Source of the DNA: Octopus vulgaris
Taxonomy: Eukaryota
DNA: 64,000 nucleotides
Assembly: GCA_951406725.2 (NCBI GenBank)
Contig: OX597826.1
Coordinates: 7,564,001 to 7,628,000 of the forward strand
Direction: 5' to 3'
A program made the translations under genes and the position numbers. Each line of letters starts with the position of its first letter. Position 1 is the first letter of the stretch. Shown in pieces: positions 54,065 through 64,000 of this stretch. The notes under the pieces are model-generated. The model saw only the letters and a list, made by a program, of their open reading frames with translations, searched no databases and was not told the origin of the DNA.

Positions 54065-54138
<74 letters not shown>

Positions 54139-54144
54139 TATACG

Positions 54145-54175
<31 letters not shown>

Positions 54176-54199
54176 ATATATATATATATATGTATATAT

Positions 54200-54239
<40 letters not shown>

Positions 54240-54295
54240 GTATGTATATATATATATATATGTAAATATATATACACACACAAACACACACACAC

Positions 54296-54329
<34 letters not shown>

Positions 54330-54769
54330 ATGTGTATATGTGTGTGTATATGTGTGTGTATATATATATGTATACAGGAATACATGTATATATGTATGAG
54401 TACGTGAGTCTCTCTGCGTTTGTGTGTGTGTCTGTGTGTCTGTGTGTTTCAAGAAGTTGCTTTTAACGTCGACGAAGTACTTTCTGTTTTGAAGAGCACA
54501 GCATTAGACAGTATACCAAAACATGTTGTCAATGGGAGAACGATGGGAAAATGAAGAATTTACTGTGCTAAAAGGGTGCAGCAATTGTGTGTTGTCCTTT
54601 TTCGTTTCTTTTGAGTTGTCTCTCTTTTCTCTCTCTCTCTCTCTCTCTGGTTCTCTTTACCTATATATTTATCTATCTACCTCGTCCTCACTCTCTCCCT
54701 GTTTTTCTTCACCTAGTTTTCTATACACTCTTTGCTCTTATGGTAACGATTACTCTTGTCATGATGATT

Positions 54770-54933
54770 ATCCTCCTCCTCCTCCTCCTCCTCCTCATCA
54801 TCATCATCATCATTATCATCATCAATATCGTCGGCGTCGTCATCATTACTATTTTTTATTATTGTTATTGTCGTTGTTGTCATTACCATCGGCAACATCA
54901 TTTATCATTATTGTTGTTATATTGTCATTATTA

Positions 54934-55003
<70 letters not shown>

Positions 55004-55014
55004 TATTACTACTG

Positions 55015-55109
<95 letters not shown>

Positions 55110-55345
55110 GAATAGTGGCAATATCAGTGGTGTTAGTATAAGGAACATCAGCAGCAGCAACCTATGCTGAAGCAGTAGCAGACGTAGTACTAGTAGTAGT
55201 AGTTGTAGTAGTAGTAGTAGTAGAAGTAGTAGTAGCAGCAGCAGTAGCTGTAGTAGTAGTATTAGTAGTAGGTGTATTAGTAGCTGTAGTAGTAGCTGTT
55301 GTAGTAGCTGTAGTAGTAGTAATAGTAGTAGTAGTAGTTGTATTA

Positions 55346-55376
<31 letters not shown>

Positions 55377-55395
55377 CTGTAGAAATAATAGTAGT

Positions 55396-55484
<89 letters not shown>

Positions 55485-55503
55485 CAGTAGCAGCTGCAGT
55501 AGC
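54770..55503. repeat. Large compound trinucleotide block: (CCT)(CAT)(TTA)(CTA)(TTA), then (GTA)/(GCA)
   Basis: Seen directly. A further (CAA)/(TAA) tract lies at 55780-55925. Confidence 0.95.
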
Positions 55504-55836
55504 AATGGTTTTAGTAACTCCTTTTTATTTTTAACGTGTTTCTGTTGTTTTGTTGTCATCTGCCAAATTCATGCTCTCTCTCTCTCTCTCTCTTTTGTAT
55601 TTTTTGAAAAATGGGGAAAAATCTGGTAAAATATAGAAAGAACTAATAATTCTTATAAAATATGCCATCTTTGCCAAATTTTTACAACATTTTTTTTTTC
55701 TTTGTTTTCCTTTTAAAAAATCATCGTTCGATAGAATTGAAATGGAAGTAAATGGCTTTGAACAAGAGCAGATCCAAACATAACAACACCACCACCAACA
55801 ACAACAACAACAACACTATTTACGACATGAACAGCA

Positions 55837-55895
<59 letters not shown>

Positions 55896-56808
55896 TAATA
55901 ATAATGATGGTAGCAACAACAGCACAGCAAAAGCAATTTTAGCAACAAGGATGACGAAGACAACGTCCCCGAAAATAAGATATTATAACACGATTAGCTG
56001 TGTCATGTTAAATGATTACAAAAGTTCTATGCGTCTTTTTCATTATAAATCATTCTGGAGAGAAAATTCAAAAATGAGTAGTTTCAAGTATCCGTTTATC
56101 CAGAGTACTGTACCACTTTTAAGATTTTAAAAGCTCTTGCCGTTAGGGGGAAAAGAAAAAAAGAACGATTATGCTCTACCTCAGAATGCGCACTAAGAAA
56201 TTTACTCTTTACCATATTTAATTGTTTGCTTGTTACAATGTTACCGAATATGGACAGTTTTTCTCCATCCCTGTCCATTAAGCTATATTTTGTTACGTCT
56301 ATTTATATATTATTTTATATGCATTCGTTTTCTCTTCCTTACGCTTTTTTTAAGAGGCATGTGATACGCAAAGTTGATGTCATGCAAAAGGTTCACATGA
56401 AATATAAAGTGAATAAAATAACACATTTTTCCCCCTTCCAAAACAGATGGGGGTTGATAGAAGAATTCTGCCCGGGGAAGCTGTATAAAAGTATTAATTC
56501 TCAGAAAGATTCTTCACGAAAATGTTGTAATTCTATATTCTTCTTCAAATCTATGGCACTGCTTGACCTAAACTTACCTCCCTTTAATGAAAGTAATTAT
56601 CGTTAAAAATGTTTTATGAGATGGCTAATGTTACAGTAAAACAATTAGGGGTAGTTAATAGTGAAGGGTGCGAAATACAGCGGGGTAAGAGAAAGGGTTG
56701 GATACGGTGTTAAATGTTTTAGAGTGGTTTGCTACGCTTTTTAACTTGCGTTCAAATCTTACTCAGACAGGTTTCACCTATCATCAGTTCATTACTCTAT
56801 TAACGATG

Positions 56809-57125
56809 TAGAGGCACATGGCCTAGTGGTTAGAGCAGCGGAATCGCGGTCGAGGGATCGCGGGTTCGAATCTCAGACCGGATGATGTGTGTGTTTATGA
56901 GCGAAACACCTAAGCTCCACGCCTAAGCTCCGGCAGAAAGTAATGGCGAAACCTCTGCTGACTCTTTCGCCACAGCTTTCTCTCCCCCTTTCCTCCTGCG
57001 TCTTGCAGCTCACCTGCGACGGACCGGCGTCCCGTCCAGGTGGGGAACCTATACGCCAAGAAACCGGGAAACCGGCCCTTATGAGCCAGGCATGGCTCAA
57101 GAAGGAACAAACAAACAAAACAAAC
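56809..57125 (+). mobile_element. SINE family B
   Basis: Intact A and B boxes, a (CAAA)n tail, and a perfect TSD CTATTAACGATG at 56797-56808 and 57126-57137. Confidence 0.95.
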
Positions 57126-58617
57126 CTATTAACGATGGCTAGCTAGGGGGCTGTTTAGCATGCCAGACAAAATGCCTAGCGACATTTTTTCTGGATTGAC
57201 GTTTGGCATTCAAACTTCGCTGACGCCGGCTTTGCCTTTAGTGGAGAAAATACGAACTAGTCAAGTACGGAAGTCGTTGTAAGCAACTAGTGCCGCCCCA
57301 AGAATTTCAGACCGTGTGCCTCTGCCTGTTTATCTTTCCGTTCTTTCAGTAAATAGACTGCAGCTATACTGGGGAACCATCTTTAAAAATTTTCAAGCTA
57401 ATGAATCGATTCTAGAAATTTTCTTTAAGACTGGCGTTTATTCTATCAATCACTTGCACCGAACCGTTATATCACGCGAGCGAAAACACACCAACATGGG
57501 TAGAAGACAAACATAGACACAAATACAGACGCATACACACACACATACACACACAAACACACACATATGTTTGTATATGTATGTGTGTGTTTCTGTGTCT
57601 GTGTGTGTCTTTATATTTGCAACGGTCTCCTTTCAATATCACTCAACCAAATATACTCATAACGCGTTGCTCTGCAAGGGATTATGGTAGAAGATACCTG
57701 CGCGAGGTGCCACACAGTGGGATTGAATCTGAAACCATGTGGTTGGGAAGCAAGCTTCTTACCACAGAGCCACGCCTGCCCCTGTAGTTGAAAGAATTAT
57801 ATTGACATTTGCGTCAATGTGTCGAAAAGTTACTAAGTTTGACATGAGCTGGCATTCATACACGAAAATATTAGAGAAGGACCGTGTGCCAAAACGCCAG
57901 TGATTTCTTGCAAGCGCAGAATCGGTGTTACCCTCATCGGGAGCTGATAAGTATTTATTTTATCGACCCTGGAGCGCTGATCGGAATGTGAAGTTGACTG
58001 AAGCGAGATATGAACCGAGAAAGTAAAGTAGCGTCTATATACACCAAAAGTATTTGCATTAAGCAAATCCTCTCAATCGCCCACATCTATACTGCTGCTT
58101 ATTCTATCAATCCAGTAATGACGGTAGGACAGGCGTCATTGGCTGTGGTGGAATATGAACTCAGAACGTAAGGAAACTAAGACGCCAAAATGCCTTTAAT
58201 ACGAGATCAAGGCGATACGAAACCTGTCAATCGTCCTCATCCGTAGAGTAATACAGTGAATTTGCAACGATATGATGAAATTGTATCGAGAATGAGTTAA
58301 CCTTTCACTCATTAGTATATCGAATTTGCATCAATCAGCTATAACACATCACTTCAAATCATAGCTTTGTCTCCAGTAAAGCAAAATCAATACCAAAGTG
58401 AGTCCTATCATGATTCAGCTACAAGGATCGTCAGATCAATCAATGCCATGACGTCTTGTATATTTCCTATCCCAAAGAACAAAAAAATGTCTATGAAATA
58501 TACAAAACTTCCTGCATTAGTGAATATTCTAGTAATCCTCGCCAATCTCTACTTCCATCTCCATCTCCATATATATATATGGATATATATGGATATATAT
58601 GGACATATATGGATATA

Positions 58618-58682
<65 letters not shown>

Positions 58683-58690
58683 ATATATAT

Positions 58691-58732
<42 letters not shown>

Positions 58733-58802
58733 ATATATATATATATATACGTATGTATGCATGTATATATTTATGTATGTATGTATGCATATGTATATGT
58801 AG

Positions 58803-58997
58803 AAATGCGTGGCTTAGTGGTTAGGGTGTCAACATCATGATCGTAAGATTGTGGTTTCGATTCCTGGACTGGGCGACGCGTTCATTTCCTGAGCAAAACA
58901 CTTCCGTTCTCGTTGCTCCAGTCCACTCAGCTGGCAAAAATGAGTAACGCTGCGATGGACTGGCGTCCCATCCAGCTGGGAACACATACGCCATTTG
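58803..58997 (+). mobile_element. tRNA-derived SINE family E
   Basis: A box TGGCTTAGTGG and B box GGTTTCGATTCC. The 3' part CTGCGATGGACTGGCGTCCCATCCAG resembles the family B tail. Confidence 0.88.
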
Positions 58998-59489
58998 CAA
59001 AAAGCAAATGGTGTCAAAAATGCTCAGTTTTATCCAAGTGACATTCCATTTTAATGATCTGAAAATACAAAAAAAAATCAATAAAATTCAAAATTCAAAA
59101 CACTATCTTGTAGAGCAAAAACTTATTTTTTAAATAACATAAACCATTTTGCCATTTTTTAATTTGAAAAAAAAAGCTCATGAATTATTCCTCAACTCAA
59201 TGAATGGAAAATGGAAAGACGATTCAAAGACCTAAGAAATAACAAAAGAGGCATTGAGAAATTGGTAGCTGATACTCATTTCGTTCATCTTCAATCAACC
59301 ACGATACAAATTCTTATGAACGAATTATAGAAGGCGTGTTTATTATATATCGAGGGCCATTTCTACAAAGGGAAGATTTTTACTCAGAAGATGACTTACT
59401 CTGATCAAATCACTAAAATCTTCTGAAGAAACAAGTTGACTTCTCTTAGAGATCGTTATAATTGCTTTGTATTGAAAATAAGGAGCGCT

Positions 59490-59805
59490 CCTTCGGTTCC
59501 GACGACAAGGGTCCTAGCTGATACGACCAACGGAACAGCTTGCTCGTGAAAGTAATGTGCAAGTGGCTGAGCACTCTACAAACACGTGTACCATTAACGT
59601 AGTTCTCGGGGAGATTCAGCGTGACATAGAGTGTGACCAGGCTGATCCTTTGAAATACAGGTACTACTCATTTACGCCAGCTGAGTGGGCTGGAGCAACG
59701 TGAAATAAAGTGTCTTGCTCCAAGACACAACGTGTCGCCGGGAATTGAACTCACGACCTTACGATCATGAGCATAATGCCCTAACCACTAAGCCACGCGC
59801 CTTCA
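59490..59805 (-). mobile_element. Chimeric SINE with an E head/body and an F tail
   Basis: 59665-59805 matches family E, and 59490-59660 matches the F tail. Confidence 0.88.
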
Positions 59806-59982
59806 CATATTTAAAGTAAGCATTACAGACTATAAATATGCAAAATGGATATCTCTGCATAATTTATAATAGGATACTTTCATTTCTTTTCCTCTACATC
59901 TGTAATTAGCACATAAATATTATATTCGATTCTGTATTTCATTTCAGCTATAATCATATACATACATACATACATACATACA

Positions 59983-60018
<36 letters not shown>

Positions 60019-60463
60019 TATTATTACATACATACATATATAGGTATGCATGTACTATGTATGTATATGCGTGTGTGTGTATGTACACGCGCTTATATAT
60101 TATATGCGTCGTTTCGTTTTGACGCACTATTATTTTGGCCCCTAGTTAATTATTACGGACTTCACACTGTCACTAGCATTTAACCTATGCTTCCGGCCTG
60201 AGGAGAAGTTCCTGCCAGCTGTCAGAGGCAATAACGGAGCAGGTGATAATATTCGATGTTGTGTGTCTGTAGGTTTAAATATATAAGCGCAAATATTTTC
60301 TGGCTAAAATTCCACCTTTAGCGATTGAATGAATATTTGTCTGGGCATAAGAAAAACAAACACAAACATACGCACGAAATATAATTCAGAATGCTGAATT
60401 ATAGACAAACGAAGCGTCTACATATGATTATGTCGTTACTTTTAGAATTTCGTTAAGTATATA

Positions 60464-60625
60464 GGCGTAGGAGTGGCTGTGTGGTAAGTAGATTTCTTAC
60501 GAACCACATGGCTCCGAGTTCAGTCCCACTGCGTGGCACCTTGGACAAGTGTCTTCTGCTATAGACTTGGGCCGACCAAAGCCTTGTAAGTGGATTTGGT
60601 AAACGGAAATTTAAAGAAGCCCGTC

Positions 60626-60680
<55 letters not shown>

Positions 60681-60934
60681 CGTGTGTGTGTGTGTGTGCA
60701 TGTGTGTGTATGTATGTGTATTTGTGCGTCTGTATTTGTCCCCCCAACGGTTGCTTGACAACCGACGCTGTCGTTTTTACGTCCCCGTAACTTAGCGGTT
60801 CGGCAAAAGAGGACCGATAGAATAAGTACTAGGCTTACAAACAATAAGCCCTGGGGTAGATTTGCCCGACTAAAGGCGGTGCTCCAGCATGGCCAAAGTC
60901 AAAAGACTGAAACAAGTAAAAGAGTACAGGAGTA
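60464..60934 (+). mobile_element. SINE family A, full length with an expanded internal (TA)n(TG)n tract
   Basis: Head, ACCTTGGACAAGTG domain, microsatellite at 60628-60720, and tail. Confidence 0.93.
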
Positions 60935-61342
60935 AATAAATTAACCGACAAGTACGCATTACACGCTGAAAGCTGGAGTGGATGAAAACTGAGGTGATTT
61001 CTATATTGTTGTATCGAGAGGTTACCAAAATCTTTTCAGTACTAACGCTGTACTAAAGAAATCACAGTCAAACAGCCATCTAATTCCACTTTAATTATTC
61101 CAGGCATACTTTAGGAAAACTGAAGTTATTAATACACATGTATAGAAAGGGAGCACATTATATGCATACAAACATATATATATATATACAACTTTTTTAT
61201 CTATCTATCGAACTATAATATCTTATAACAAGTTTACATCTAGAATATTGAAATTATAAATAACAAGGCTTGCACACGCACATACACACAAACACGCACG
61301 CACACAAACTCATTCACACCTACTCATATATATATATATCTA

Positions 61343-61407
<65 letters not shown>

Positions 61408-61600
61408 TGCGACCGCGTGTGTATCGTTGGTGATTTTTTTTCCATCATTTTCTCTTCCTTGGATCTTTACTTTCTCTATGTTTCTAACGAAGAGCTCCGC
61501 TCGAAACGTTATGTCCTCCTTCTTTCTTTCCTTTCCTGAGCGTCCAATAATAGTATACTTGTTCCACGTCCTCGCGTTGTTGTGTTCTTATGTTTGCATT
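61408..61600 (+). mobile_element. Penelope pLTR-like fragment with a degenerate hammerhead motif
   Basis: CTAACGA-A-GAGC-TCC-GCTC-GAAACGTT at 61484-61510, then CCTGAGCG...TAATA as in family D. Confidence 0.6.
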
Positions 61601-61633
61601 AACTATATATATATACATATATATGTATGTATA

Positions 61634-61709
<76 letters not shown>

Positions 61710-61711
<2 letters not shown>

Positions 61712-61960
61712 ATATTTCGGAATGGTCATATTGCCAGTTTAGCCAATAAAAACACACGCACTATATATTTGGTGTTATTTTGCTTCAGTGATATTTATTA
61801 TTTACATTAATCTTAATCTTATTTCGGCCAAAGTTCTTTCGTCACACTCCTGTGACCGCATCAGTGGTCCTTTGTTTTCTTCTCACTTACTTGTGTCTCT
61901 CCTTACTAACCGTCAGCCATTTTGTATTATATCTGTCAACACACGACTTCACATAAAAAA
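61710..61960 (-). mobile_element. Possible Penelope pLTR-like fragment with a hammerhead-like motif
   Basis: rc of 61826-61870 reads CCA-CTGATGC-G-GTCAC-AGGAGT-GTGAC-GAAAGAACTT-TGG. Confidence 0.45.
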
Positions 61961-62010
61961 TCTTGCACAACAAATATTTAAATATATATATATATATATT
62001 TATATAAATA

Positions 62011-62041
<31 letters not shown>

Positions 62042-62078
62042 TTGTTTATATATATATATATATGTATGTATATATATA

Positions 62079-63352
62079 TTGGGTTACCGGAAAGTTCGTG
62101 CTGGTTTTTAAAGGAAGAAAAAGCTCAATAAATACATGCCATTACATTTTTAATCAACCAAATATGAGCCATTTTGTTGGACAATGTATCTCCATCTTTC
62201 CTTTAACTTGAAAATACCCACTTCCCAGAATTCAGGTGGTTTCATGGCAAAGAATTCATCAAGTTATCTTTTTACGTCATCCAAGAAATTAAAATTTTTA
62301 CCATTAAGACCATTCTGCAGAGACCTAAATAAGTGGAAATCCGAAGGAGCAGGAACTGGTGAATATGGAGGCTGGGATAACACAACCCAGCCGAGTTGCA
62401 GCAAATTTTGTATGGTTCCCAAAGAAACGTGCGGTTTTGCTTATCATGTTGGAAAACAGCATCCTTCCTGTTGGCCAATTCTGGACGTTTCTCTTGAATT
62501 GCTGCTTTTAACTCGTCTAGTTGTGTGCGGTATTTCTCAGAATTAATTGTCTGGTTACTTGGGAGAAGCTCATGGTACAGAATTCCTTTCCAATCCCACC
62601 AGACACAAAGCAATACTTTTTTTAGTGTGAAATCCGCTTTTGGGGTGGCTAAGGGTGGGTCATGTCGCTTAATCCAGGATCTCTCTCTCTGAACATTTCA
62701 GTAGATAATCCATTTCTCATAACCTGTTACAATTTGCTTTAAAAAAAGGCGCGTTGTCATTCCGTTTATAAAGCGAATCACAGATGGAAATGCGATCCAA
62801 AAGGTTCTTCTCACTCAACCCATGTGGTACCCAATCATCGAAGCGATTTGTGTACCCAAGCTTTCCCGGGTGCTCATGAACGACGGATTTTGATAGGTTG
62901 AGGCTTTCTGCCAATTCTCGGGTTTTGCAATGTGGGTTATTCTCAATTAGTGAGTTGATTCGGTTATCATCTGTATTGCATTGTCTGCCTGATCGTTCTT
63001 TGTCAATAAGGCTACAATCTCCAGCTCGGAACCATGCGAACCACTTCCGTACAGTTCTTTCAGATAAAGAAACATCACCGTAAACTGCGCATATTTGTTT
63101 GTTTGCTTGTAAGACATTTTTCCCTTTACGGAAAAAGAAAAGTATCTAGTGCCGAAAATGCACTTTCTATTTTTAAGGGTTACAGAATTAACACAGATTA
63201 TAGGAACATAAACCTTCTTTCACGAAAATATAACTTAAACTGTGCTCTAAATGCAGGTGTAGTCAAGTCCTATCTTATGGACTCAACCATGTTTTAAAAT
63301 ATGTCGACAGGTAAGTTACTATAATTCGGCACGAACTTTCCGGACAACACAA
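62079..63352 (-). mobile_element. Near full-length mariner transposon (about 1.27 kb), mellifera-like
   Basis: TIRs TTGGGTTACCGGAAAGTTCGTGC and GCACGAACTTTCCGGACAACACAA, flanked by TA, with a transposase pseudogene inside. Confidence 0.95.
62140..63175 (-). pseudogene. Frameshifted mariner transposase
   Basis: Contains KGKN...ICAVYGDVSLSERTVRKWF.WFRAGD (HTH), WVPHGL (WVPHEL motif), LCVWWDWKGILYHELL, EKRPELANRK..VFQHD and SPVPAPSDFHLF (YSPDL region). Multiple frameshifts. Confidence 0.93.
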
Positions 63353-63789
63353 TATATATGTGCGATTCAATGAGGTGAAGAAAGTAGCACTCAACACATT
63401 TGTTTGGAGTTACATGTACTCGATAGTGATGTGAATCAACTTACGGGATAAATATCTGATGATGTGGGTATGTTCTACGCTCACAAAGCTTTAATGTATA
63501 GGTGAATCAAATTTGATCAATTTTGTACTATTATATATGTAAGTAAGTAAAACCCAAAATTGTATATGTGTACTCTCCGCAATTTTTTCCTTGCTCTTTA
63601 ATTCTAAATCCAATCTTCTGACACGCCTGATTTTACGAAGCCATCGTTACCTCCCTTGTATTAACTAAGAGCTATATATATATATAAATTTATATAAATA
63701 AGGATATGATCGTTATTTGAAATACCGATCATATCAAGTGGCTAGCATGGGAATAAAAACCTCCAAAGGTAATAATTGTTATTAAAATT

Positions 63790-63867
63790 ATAATTAAAGG
63801 TATCTACAAGATACCACCAAGACTGCTATAACTTGCATGGTGGGATCTTTTAGATACCCTTAATTAT
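63790..63867. repeat. Hairpin with 30-bp arms (3 mismatches) and an 18-nt loop
   Basis: ATAATTAAAGGTATCTACAAGATACCACCA versus rc ATAATTAAGGGTATCTAAAAGATCCCACCA. Confidence 0.9.
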
Positions 63868-64000
63868 ATGTCTATAAACATGCATACATACATGCATATA
63901 TGTAACTTTCAAATGATATATACCGACACATGTATGCAATATATATATACATATGTATAAACTCCCCACAACTGATTTGATTTGAAAAGCCCACTAGAAT

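Noticed and set aside
54523-55559. The longest ORFs (215 and 236 aa; poly-L, poly-Y, poly-N, poly-S)
   Set aside because: They lie entirely within trinucleotide repeat tracts and have no domain content.
56484-56491. TATAAAAG promoter-like motif
   Set aside because: Expected by chance in AT-rich DNA, with no supported downstream gene.
56809-56885. tRNA gene-like sequence (also at 1949, 15098 and 58803)
   Set aside because: A and B boxes are present but there is no intact cloverleaf. Each continues into a SINE body and tail, some with TSDs.
60190-60260. CTGAGGAG hammerhead-like start
   Set aside because: No downstream GAAA core strand or closing stem II was found.

Overview
AT-rich, repeat-saturated eukaryotic (animal) DNA with no confidently identifiable host protein-coding gene. 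It reads as intronic or intergenic sequence. The SINE families and the extreme density of (TA)n, (CA)n, (TATG)n and trinucleotide microsatellites suggest a cephalopod, probably Octopus (inference). Nearly all ORFs in the supplied track are microsatellite or SINE artefacts. Supported content: five related tRNA-derived SINE families (labelled A, B, C, E, F here), many with target-site duplications (TSDs) and nested insertions; a near full-length degenerate mariner (62079-63352); Tc1/mariner- and pogo-type MITEs; two copies of a TIR MITE with internal telomere-like repeats; non-autonomous Helitrons; RTE, CR1-like and Penelope remnants; several Penelope-type minimal hammerhead-like motifs; and three long fold-back hairpins. 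The most notable patterns are repeated antisense insertion of SINE-C into its own central domain, variant-core hammerhead motifs, a pseudoknot in an RTE-like 5' UTR, and the hairpins as possible dsRNA/ADAR substrates. All coordinates were read by eye.
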